A DNA stretch of 41,125 nt. Source: Octopus bimaculoides. Lineage: Eukaryota. The position numbers were made by a program, and so were the translations under genes. The notes under the pieces are model-generated. The model saw only the letters and a list, made by a program, of their open reading frames with translations, did not search any database and was not told where the DNA came from. This document shows positions 1 through 10,432 of this stretch, piece by piece. The stretch's first letter is position 1. The number at the start of each line of letters is the position of its first letter. The stretch is from NCBI RefSeq assembly GCF_001194135.2, contig NC_068983.1:71293555-71334679 (forward strand), written 5' to 3'.

Positions 1-175
1 GTGAGCAACGAGAGGAAAAGAGGAAGAGAGGAAGTACGAGGGGGGAAAAAAGAGATACGTAGTAGTAACAGAGGAAGAACGAGAGGGCTAAAGAGAGATA
101 CGTAGTAGTAAACAGAGGAAGAACGAGAGGGGGAAAAATGATAGAGGAAGAGAAAGAGAAAGAGAAAGAGATAGA
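1..175. repeat. Purine-rich low-complexity tract with a ~37-bp direct duplication
   Basis: agagatacgtagtagtaa(a)cagaggaagaacgagaggg occurs at 51-87 and 94-131 within a GA-rich tract. Confidence 0.85.
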
Positions 176-997
176 GTGGCGTCGGAAAATATAAAGTTGC
201 GATAACTACTTACAAAATTGGTGACGCTGCGTTCGGTCATGTAAAAACAAATAATAAATGAGTATATGCATATATACGTACAGGTATGTGCATACCGACA
301 TCCACCTGTATGTATAGGTGCATATCTGGGTACAGGACATTGCAAACAAAACGTAGACAAGAAGACAATATATATGCATATATGTATGTATGTATGTATG
401 TATATATGTATGTAAGTATGATTGTGTGTGTGTGTGTTATATAAATAGATAAGATCGATAGATAGATAGAGAGAGAGGGGGGGGAGAGAAAGAGACAGAT
501 ATAGCAAATGCCATGTCTTCATTTATTAAAATCATTTCAGCCAAATAAATGAAGAAATCATGTCGTATGGTATTTGATATACCTGTATTTATACATTTCG
601 AATACATGCCCCAGCCTCTCTGAGTTATTTCTCTTCGCTTATTTTCATTTACACACGCACTCAAACACACACACACACACACGTATATGTATTTCTGGAC
701 GGTTATTCGCTTTTTTTTTTTTTTTTTTTGCAAAATACACAAACGCACTATCTAGTCGTTCTTCACTTGTTTATTATTGTTTTTATTTCAACTCATGTTC
801 ATTGTCCGGAAATCTTTCCCCACACATCTGTAACCGCTTCAGCGACGCTTTCCGTCCTCGTGTGTGCTCCTGTTCTTCTATATATGTGCATGTGTAAAAA
901 TGTATGTGCATGTATAAGTACATGTATGTATGTTTACATGTGCGTAGAGAACGTATACGTATATATGTGTGTGCGTGTGTGTGTGTGTGTGTTTGTG

Positions 998-1634
998 TAT
1001 AAAATTAGTGTACATTTAAGCACAAGAGAGGCGGTCTTTAACAGGCAGCCTTACACGATAGAAGAAGCAGTCAAAACGCCCAAAACCACATATAAGTGCA
1101 ATTTCGAAGGAATGAAAAATAAAAAAAACTTTTACCTTGCTTATTTACAGCCATATCTCGGTTTCAAACTCTAATTAAGAAATAAAATAATTTGCTAGGC
1201 GGAGTTCTCATCAGTGGCTACGCCAAAATATTAACATATAATTCAGAGACGGAATAACACGTGTCTCATCATTATATATTATAATTTTTCAAATTCATTA
1301 TATTATAATATTATTCATTATATATATTATAATATTATTCATTATATTAGAATTTTTCAGTCGGCAGCAAATGAAAAGATGCCGAGTAACTTCTAAGATT
1401 GCTAAAATCATATTCGTAAAATATATAGGGTAGCGAGTTTTTTTTAGAAATTTTACCACCAGTAGCATAGCATGTATAAAACGTCAATAGACAACATGTT
1501 TTCCATATAAAATTAGAGTACATTTAAATATAAGAGAGGCGACCTTTAACAGGCAGCCTTACACGCTAGAAGAGGCAGTCAAAACGACCAAAACCACATT
1601 TAAGAGCAATTTCGAAGGGAATGAAAAATAAAAA
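998..1634 (+). repeat. Two diverged ~130-bp direct repeats (998-1125 and 1506-1634)
   Basis: Both read tataaaattag.gtacatttaa...agagaggcg..ctttaacaggcagccttacacg.tagaaga.gcagtcaaaacg.ccaaaaccaca...aag.gcaatttcgaagg(g)aatgaaaaataaaaa. Confidence 0.9.
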
Positions 1635-2471
1635 GTAAGTGGGACGAAATAGTATCGAAAGAATTGTAACAGTGTGTATTTTATGGTGATATGCTTACAT
1701 TGCAAGTATCTTGAGCTCAGATCGTGCACTGGAATGAAAGCGATTGCGGCGTACAAGACACAAGTTGGCTATTCAGAAACGCACAAAGATTCTTTTAGCT
1801 TTACTCAAACATTTATGCACAATGTGGTGTCAAAAATTTTCCTTACTCGAAACTAAGCTTATTCATTGACAAAAAGTATGCTACATCAATAAAAATGTTT
1901 AATTCAAGCTATATATTTTCAGATACTTTCCGGCGATTGCAGTTTGTTGTAGACTTAAAAACATTTTTTTGACAAACATTTAACTTACGTAGAAATCGGA
2001 ACTTTAGAATATTTCATTTTGAATGTTACAGACATTAATTATCATTTATATAATATTCGATAGTAAATTGAACGGAAGCTGCTTCAATTTGTCGTTATAG
2101 TGACTGGTTATTACAAATACACTGTGCTAAGCTATATTTTTTCATATAGAATGTAAAATTTCACATATATACCGTACATAAATTTTAGATTTTTATTATG
2201 ACTTTGATATATCCCATTGGAAGCTGCTTTATAGAACTAAAATAGACATGAATATGTTAATTATCTCATTAGTATTTTTGAATAATAACGAACTTTAGTT
2301 TAGACAGAAGGCCAGCAAATTAGTAGGAACGTAGTCGATAACATCAACTGCAGTAGTTGGCTTTATTTTTATCGACCTAGGCTAAAAAATTTGAGCTCAG
2401 AACCAAAAGAGCAAGGGAAAATCCGAAAGATATTTTGTCCGGCGATCTAAAAATTCTGCCAGCCATTGACA

Positions 2472-2666
2472 ACCATTTCTACTATAGGCACAAGGCCTAG
2501 AATTTTGGAGGAGGGGTAAGTCGATTACATCGACCCCTGTACACAACTGTGACTTACTTTACTGACACCGAAAGAATGAAAGGCAAAGTCGACTTTTGCA
2601 GAATTTGAACTCAGAACATGAAGACGGATGAAATGCCGCTATGTTTTTTTTATCCTGCGTGCTAAC
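2472..2666 (-). mobile_element. SINE family A copy lacking its extreme 5' head
   Basis: Reverse complement contains gttagcacg...gcggcatttc.tccgtc...gttctgagttcaaattctgc...gtcgactttgcctttcat...ggggtcgatgtaatcgact...ggccttgtgcctatagtagaaa. The same blocks recur at 14241-14415, 28690-28876, 29090-29235 and 41013-41125; more degenerate copies lie near 2310-2465, 3325-3630, 12480-12630, 13560-13670, 14735-14810 and 29265-29370. Confidence 0.85.
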
Positions 2667-2895
2667 AAGATTGGTCCAAATGCAAAGGTAGAACATCTAC
2701 AAAAATCAGCATTGCCTGAAACTGCAGGAATTCTTCGCAGAGTTCTTGAAGCATGACCAGTAAAATAGTGTCACCTTAACCTGTTGACTGTGAACAGCTG
2801 ACACTTTCCATTATACCCAGCAAAATAAGCTGTGAGTTTGTATTAAAAAAAAAAAATTAAAAAATAAAAATAATAATAATAATAATAATAATAAT
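2667..2895 (+). mobile_element. 3' end of an R4/Dong-like non-LTR retrotransposon (ORF C-terminus, 3' UTR, A/TAA tail)
   Basis: 2667-2756 translates KIGPNAKVEHLQKSALPETAGILRRVLEA*, matching the REL-LINE C-terminal motif LQKxALLGTAxILRRVL also seen at 16643-16868. It is followed by ~90 bp of UTR, an A-run and (TAA)n. Not present in the ORF track. Confidence 0.85.
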
Positions 2896-3039
<144 letters not shown>

Positions 3040-3226
3040 GGAGAACGAAGTACTGAAGATGAGAAACCTAATGCAGAGAAAACTAGTAAGTTCTGGAGTA
3101 ATAGAATCTAGAAGGACTGATTTGGTAGTAGTAGCAGTAGTAGATAAAGAGAATAGTAAATACCAGATAATCAACTTTAGAGTCCCAAATGATGAAAAAA
3201 TTAATATGAAAAGTATTTTTAAAAAG
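3040..3226 (+). pseudogene. R4/Dong-like REL endonuclease fragment
   Basis: ENEVLK...VIESRRTDLVVV(AVV)DKENSKYQIINFRVPNDEKINMK resembles the RRPD...DK...CxIIDxAVP motif. It parallels HNRPDLVVLDK (near 40100-40130) and RKLDIVFVE...IIDIACP (near 40790-40850). Confidence 0.75.
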
Positions 3227-3234
3227 TAGCAAGT

Positions 3235-3322
3235 AGAAGAAGAAGAAGAAGAAGAAGAAGAAGAAGAAGAAGAAGAAGAAGAAGAAGAAGAAGAAGAAGA
3301 AGAAGAAGAAGAAGAAGAAGAC
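3235..3322. repeat. (GAA)n microsatellite
   Basis: Read directly from sequence. Confidence 0.95.
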
Positions 3323-4035
3323 ATTCTAATATCAGCACAAGTTCTGGAACGTCTTAGGGGAGGGAACTAATGATTTACATCGAGCCCACCGTTCAATTGA
3401 TACTTTTTTGCAATAATAATAATGACGAGGAAGATGATAGTGATATGATGATATGATGATGATGATGACAACGACGACAACGACGATGATGTTGATGATA
3501 ATGTGTTCCAGTTTTCACTGGTGTGATTTTCATTCCCTTGAAAGTTAACTTGACCTTCATTCCTTCTAGAGTCGACTAATCATGGAGTCGATAAGAATTG
3601 GCAAAAGTTCACTTTGCCTTCCTCTCGCTTGGGAAACAATCTGTTTATACTACAGGTCAATATTACCTGATAGTAGTTAATTGCTACATGTCAGGACATT
3701 CGCTAAAATTTACTAATACTGCTCGAGTTTATAGCAGTATTATTTATGGTAACAGAACTTCGCTTTCTGTGTACTATGAATAAAGAACATCGGGATTGCA
3801 CTAGAATAAAAAAACATCGGGACTGTCCAAAATATTTCGCGGTAATATTTATTTATATAAAATTATTTGCCTGTCTGTTCCCTATGCATTCTCAAACAGC
3901 TCCAACAAATCAATTCAAATTTTTACAAGGTAACAGTATTAAACCCTCGAATGTCAACATGTAACTTTTATTTTCATTTAGATTAAAGCAATATAACATT
4001 TTCTCGAAAATAATCTTTCTGTAGTCACATTTTAT

Positions 4036-4479
4036 ACCACATTTCATACCACTACGACGACAATGTCACATTTTGTATATGAGTGTGTATGTGTGTGAGT
4101 GTGTGTGATTTTGCACGTTCGTTATGTACGACATAGTACAGGACATTTTATACCACTACGACGACGACGACGACGACGACGACGACACAGTTTGTATATG
4201 AGTGTGTGTGTGTTTGTCAGTGTGTATGTGTGTTTGCGCGTTCGTTACGTACGACATAATAAAGGACATTTTATACCACCACAACAATCACCACGACACA
4301 TTTTTATATGAGTGTATATGTATCTGTGAATGTGTGTGTATTTTTGCGTTCGTTACGTACCACATATTAAAAACATTTTATACCACGACGACGACACATT
4401 TTGTATGAGTGTGTATATGCCTGTCAGTGTGTGTGCGTTTGCGTGTTCGTTACGTACGACATACTAAAGGATATTTTAC
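4036..4479 (+). repeat. Minisatellite of four ~105-125-bp units inside the Helitron
   Basis: Unit: cattttataccac(gac)n-acattttgtat(at)gagtgtgt...tttgcg.gttcgttacgtacgacata.taaagga; the (GAC)n and (TG)n lengths vary between copies. Confidence 0.9.
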
Positions 4480-5030
4480 ATACTGCCTCCAACTAATGAA
4501 GCGGTTGATAAACTCAATCAACTTCAAGAGTTAACTGATGCATCAGATATGACTTTTCCATCAATTCACACAACACTCGATCAAGATCAGGCTGTTCAAT
4601 ACTGTGTTGAATATCTGAACAGACTTAAACCCACTGGGATGCCACCGCTGAAATTGACACTAAAGCTGGTTGCTCCCATTATGTTGCTTAGGAATTTTTA
4701 CCCACCTCGCCTGTGTAATGGAACCCGCTTAATTGTTACTCCCATGAAGCCTCATGTCTTTATTCAAAATTTCCTCTCATATCTGCAGATGTTCCATTTG
4801 AATCTAAGATGCTTCAGTTTCCAATCAAACTAAATTTTGGTATTTCAATTAACAAGTCTCATGGTCATTTTCTCAAGCTAGTTGGACTTCATCTCTCTAC
4901 TATATGCTCCTCCCACGGCCGACTCTATGTTGGTTGCTCACGAGTTAGTAGCAGCAACAATTTATTCATTTAGACACCAACGAAAAGTTACACGATGAAT
5001 ATTGTTTACTTTTAAGTGCTTCAAGATTGA
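4480..5030 (+). pseudogene. Helitron PIF1-like SF1B helicase C-terminal remnant
   Basis: ILPPTNEAVDKLN (motif IV-like), then YCVEYLNRLKPTGMPPLKLTLKLVAPIMLLRNFYPPRLCNGTRLIV (2B region). After a frameshift: DVPFESKMLQFPIKLNFGISINKSHG (motif V) and HGRLYVGCSRV (motif VI), ending NIVYF*VLQD*. Contains internal stops. Confidence 0.92.
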
Positions 5031-5501
5031 CAGATTTTCAGTTCTAAATTCTATTATCATTACAATTTGAATATTTTAAAATAAAATATAGATATTTTGA
5101 AATAATATTGAGAAGAAATATATGCTCATACATATTGTTTACTAATCTGAATAAGGACACCAGTAACCCGGGCAACGCCAAGTAATTCATCTTGTTCGTT
5201 ATTTAAATTACGTATTCAAATGTTTCACATCCTATCGGAATCATGTTTCACATCCTATCGGAATCATGTTTCAGAGTAAAAAATCGAGCTCAAAAGTATG
5301 TGAATAAAAGTCTATTTATTTGTGTATGTCATTTTATTATCTAATAATTTACACACGTGTACATATAGACATACATAGACACACACACATATATATATAC
5401 ACAACTATCTAAAATATGTGTACTATATACATAGTTATATAGATATAGATATAGATATATATACACATATATATATACACACATACATAGATATATTATA
5501 C

Positions 5502-5541
<40 letters not shown>

Positions 5542-5583
5542 NNNNNNNNNNATGTCACATATAACAATAACTCTGATTTTACA

Positions 5584-5622
<39 letters not shown>

Positions 5623-7330
5623 CGAATTGTAATATTACATACTCTTGAACCAATTTAAACATATGAATATATATATTTCAACATTTTGTTGTTCCTGCTT
5701 ATGTGACACAATTTGCGTAGTAATCTAAACCGAACACTTTTATACTGCTAAATGCAGGAATTAGGGCCATTTCCACTTAGCGTTGCAGATTCTGTGAAAA
5801 TCCTCAACGAGAATTCTACATATATTTTGAGATTCCTCGCTAATAAGTTTTAGAAATAACTTAACAGAGAAGTTGATGCATTAATTTCCGGAGAAATACC
5901 TGCCACGAGGCAGATAATTGATACAGGCAATGAAAGAAATTAGTTTAGTGTTGCTACGACATAAATATACAGTAAATTCTGTACTTAGAATCGATTTCCG
6001 CATAAAACTTCTTTTATAAAAGATATTCGCGTTTAAAATATCGTACATTTCTATGATATTCGAGAGTTATGATAGAATGAGACAGCCATGACAGATATGA
6101 GATATATTTATTCAAACCATAACTCAGTACTGAGCTAGGTAAATGTAGCTGGACTATAAGAGATCCTCAACCATTTAACTTAGATTTTTTTTTTTTAATC
6201 AACTAAATTATGAACAAACGGCACTAAAATTGAATAGCAAAGGCACGACTAAAACAACTTATCATTAATCTACTCCATCAACGCTGAACAACAACCATAC
6301 ACTTGAGGGATCCACTTGCACTCAACACTTTAATTCTACTCTGTCTCACTTCGCAAACCCGGACTTAAGCACTCTGCTTATCCTGTTAAAATTTTCTCTT
6401 GGTTCACGATTTATTATATATAGGATGTTAACCTAGGGAGGTAAAAGCCGGACTGCAATCTCATTGACATTGCTATGCCGGCACAGCTTGAAACTTTTGT
6501 GATTGATTAAGAATTAGCTCTTTCATCGTTGAGGTTGATCATTCTTACACATTCATCGGCTAAAACTGAAATACAAATAACCATGCACATACACATGTAC
6601 GCACACATGCACACACAATATACGTAGAAACATACATGCACATATGCAAACCTATATTCATGCATACATTTGCAAATAAATTTCAGACACACAGAAGTTT
6701 ACTTAAAATATTTTTCTTTGCTTTGTTTCTTTTTTTACCTTTATGTATATATTTTTTTTCCTTGCATGCCTGCAACCTTTGGCAGACCTTCCCATAACAG
6801 TGAAATCGATGCTATATATGTTTATTTTGAACTTATGTTAGTTCATGTCCGGATCTGAAATGCAATGAGAGAGAAATGAAGAGAGGGAGAGAGAGAAATG
6901 CAAAGAAAGAAAGAAAGAAAGAAAGAGATAGAGAGAGAGAGAGAGTTCTATAGTGTAGCGTTTCTGGGAAGAAAAGTTTGGTGTTTAGAAGAGGATTGTT
7001 AGTACACACCATGCAAATAAATATATTAAGAAATACACAAACAAACATTACACAGACATCCATCCATTTCATTTGTTTACACAGATTGTATTATATACAC
7101 ACAGGAATAAAACCATATCACAAGTGAGTTTGGATAAAAATACAAAATATATGGAGAAAAATATACACATAAATATAACATTCAAACGTATAAACGAAAC
7201 CACTAACATGCGCGCCTGTTTATTGGTAACATTACACAAGCAGAGCCAGATACAAGAACTTAGGAACGTATTATGCATAGGCATACCCTAAGGTCTGCAT
7301 ACTAGTAAGCATATAAACACACTCACAACC

Positions 7331-7397
<67 letters not shown>

Positions 7398-7414
7398 TGT
7401 GTGTGTGTGTGTAT

Positions 7415-7453
<39 letters not shown>

Positions 7454-7774
7454 GTAAGTACTGGCAGACATACATATAAATATGCATGTGAGCGTTTATA
7501 TGTGTGTGTGTGTGTACATATATACACATATGTACGTACGTATATATTGTGTGCGCATACTATGTCAAAAAAAATTATGTATAACATTTGTGTATATATG
7601 CATATGCATATATATGAATATATGTCTATTTGTACATATATATATATGCGTATATTTATAAATATACACATATATGCATACATCAAGATATACATGTATA
7701 TATACATTTATACATATATTTGTGTGCATGTAGACAAACAAACAGCAACATACCTATTTAGACGTTTGTGCAAG

Positions 7775-7925
7775 CGTACGTTGTTGTGGTTTAATTCTTA
7801 ATCAGCTCTAATCGAGCAGATCTTTGATCAAAGGCATTCCATTCATGACTGTCCCAGCTTTTATTATAGATATTTCTGTATCTAGGCTTACATTAACGAA
7901 TGTATCTGTCCTTTTATAAATGTTA
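7775..7925 (-). mobile_element. Dispersed repeat family D fragment with (AAC)n-like tail
   Basis: Reverse complement ttgatcaaagatctgctcgattag matches ttgatcatactcctgctcgattag near 37150-37180. The family block gaaatagcagccaaatct recurs near 11995, 13105, 22185 (minus) and 37050. Confidence 0.6.
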
Positions 7926-8328
7926 GAGGGTGGGATTTAAGGGGTCTTTAACTACTATTTCTAGCGGCTTCAATGATGGCAGAGGGTCTATGCTGTCAAT
8001 TTCTTTTTATTCACACAAAATGTAAAGATGTACTGGACATTTCCGGGGCTTCGGTATACATAGACTACAACAGGCAAAATAACGAAACAGTTATTTTATA
8101 TATCACCGTGCGAGAAGTTATAAGTTTTAGAAAGTTCGTGGAATGTACATTTTTGGAGCGCTCTATTAGGAAACATAATGTGCTGGAACACTTAAATATA
8201 CGCCGATTGCTGTATAGTGGTCTACCTTGTCTTGCTTATTTCTCCTGATAAACCGCCCCAAATATGTACATTTCACTAACTTTCTAAACAGTTATTATTG
8301 TATGGTGATGTATATACGAGTCTGCGTG

Positions 8329-8703
8329 GAGGAGGCGCAATGGCCCAGTGGTTAGGACAGCAGACTCGTGGTCATAGGATCGCGGTTTCGATTCCCAAAC
8401 CGGGCGTTGTGAGTGTTTATTGAGCGAAAACACCTAAAGCTCCACGAGGCTCCGGCAGGGGATGGTGGTGAACCCTGCTGTACTCTTTCACCACAACTTT
8501 CTTCCTGTTTCTGTTGTACCTGTAATTCAAAGGGCCAGCCTTGTCACACTGTGTCACGCTGAATATCCCCGAGAACTATGTTAAGGGTACGCGTGTCTGT
8601 GGAGTGCTCAGCCACTTGCACGTTAATTTCACGAGCAGGCTGTTCCGTTGATCGGATCAACTAGAACCCTCGACATCGTAAGCGACGGAGTGCCAACAAC
8701 AAC
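8329..8703 (+). mobile_element. Full-length tRNA-derived SINE (family B) with 15-bp TSD
   Basis: A box tggcccagtgg (8341-8351), B-box-like ggtttcgattccc (8384-8396), 3' hairpin gttgatc-g-gatcaac (8647-8661) and (AAC)n tail. The perfect direct repeat atacgagtctgcgtg flanks it at 8314-8328 and 8704-8718. Confidence 0.93.
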
Positions 8704-9059
8704 ATACGAGTCTGCGTGATATATGTTTTGTGTGAGTGAATGAGTTAGTATTCAGTTCAACAGTGGTTGATGAGGTGCACTGTGAACGAAACAGCTAATT
8801 GTTCCGCGAGATAACGAGAAGTAAAACTTCCATATTGTTTTTAAGTCATCTAGGACTATTTAATTTCTATAGACTAGAGTTATAGTACCAAATATCATTT
8901 AATATATATCACTTCCATAAACTTAGCTCCTACAGCCTAAGTTCATGTGCGTCTATCTACTACTCCCTTTCTTTTTTTTTTATACATATAGTCGCAGTGA
9001 TACATTATGTTTATATGTATGTATATGTGTATATGTAATACATATATGAATATATAGAC

Positions 9060-9422
9060 GCATGCGTAAGAAGCTTGGTTCCCAACCACATGGTTCAAAG
9101 TTCAGTCCCATTTCGTGGCACCATAGGAAAATGTCTTCTATTGTAGCCGCGGGTCGAATAAAATCTTGTGGGTGGATTTGGTAGACAAAAACCGAAAGAA
9201 GCTTGTCGTGTATATGTGTGTGTGCGTGTGTGTGTGTGTGTGTGTGTGAGTGTGTGTTTGTATACATATGTGTGTGTCTTTGTGTCTCTGTGTCCCCATC
9301 ATCACCTCTTGACAACCGATGTTGGTGTGTTTACGTCCCGTAACTTAGCAGTTTAGCAAAAGAGACCGATAGAATAAGTACTAGGCTTAAAAAAAAATTC
9401 TGAGGTCGATTTGTTCGACTAA
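9060..9422 (+). mobile_element. SINE family C (eroded tRNA-like head, possible CORE-like block, internal (TG)n)
   Basis: ggttcaaagttcagtccc is B-box-like and gcaccataggaaaatgtcttcta resembles the CORE ccttgggcaagt region. An internal (TG)n is followed by gacaaccgatgttggtgtgtttacgtcccgtaacttagc...aagagaccgatagaataagtac. An antisense partial copy lies at ~28210-28395. Confidence 0.75.
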
Positions 9423-9461
9423 AACAATAGAAGAGAGAATATATTCATATATGCAATATAT

Positions 9462-9503
<42 letters not shown>

Positions 9504-9572
9504 NNNNNNNNNNNNNNNNNNNNNNNNNNNNNNNNNNNNNNNNNNNNNNNNNNNNNNNNNNNNNNNNNNNNN

Positions 9573-9613
<41 letters not shown>

Positions 9614-10180
9614 CATACATTGATTCATATAAGTATGTACATATTATTGTAATCATGATTAGTATCATTTTTATTTCGCTTTTTATTTTTGATCTTGTTG
9701 ATGTTGTTATTTTTCTTATTTTTCTTCATCATCTCAACGTTGTTACTTTACGACCAGCTGGTTCAAACCTTTAAGGATAGTTTGGTTGTTCTGGGCTTGT
9801 TTTCTTTTCTGTTCGCTTCGTAGCTTCGATATATTTCGACACCTGCACAAACAGCTCGAACAATAAACAGTAATATTCCGGTTTTTTTCATCTAATTTAC
9901 TGCGCAGTTTCTTTAATTATTCGTGTTATTATTATTCTCATTATTATTAGTATTCCTCTTGCTATTATATATCCTTGTAGTATTTTCTGTCTTTTTTCTT
10001 GGCTTTTTCATATATTGTGCCAGTTGCTTACATCAAAATGCAGTGATGTGTGAAAACGGTCTTCTGTTACTATGTTCTTCTCCTAGTATCGTTAGTGTTA
10101 TTCCCTATCACTGAGACTTGATAAAGTCATCATTGATGAAAATGCATGTAAAACAAATTCTTGTTCTAGCACTTCTATAT

Positions 10181-10276
<96 letters not shown>

Positions 10277-10336
10277 GTATATATATATATATATACATAT
10301 GCATATAAATATGTCAGCTGTATATATATGCATATT

Positions 10337-10378
<42 letters not shown>

Positions 10379-10393
10379 AACACTCACATACAC

Positions 10394-10432
<39 letters not shown>

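Larger units (their letters stand above)
3852..5194 (+). mobile_element. Degenerate non-autonomous Helitron
   Basis: The 5' end a|tttatataaaa...gcctgtctgttccctatgcattc resembles A|TC-TATATAAAA Helitron starts with a C>T change. It carries a PIF1 helicase remnant. The 3' end cccgggcaacgccaag (decayed hairpin) is followed ~10 nt later by cttg|t (decayed CTRR|T). Confidence 0.75.

Noticed and set aside
4036-4479. Regularly spaced repeats resembling a CRISPR array
   Set aside because: The intervening sequences are homologous to each other, the context is eukaryotic and there are no cas genes.
6200-6510. Block that looks like a dispersed repeat or solo LTR
   Set aside because: No second copy, TSD or TG...CA ends visible; it cannot be classified from this window.
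8329-8405. tRNA-like sequence
   Set aside because: It has A and B boxes but no complete cloverleaf, and it is the head of a TSD-flanked SINE.
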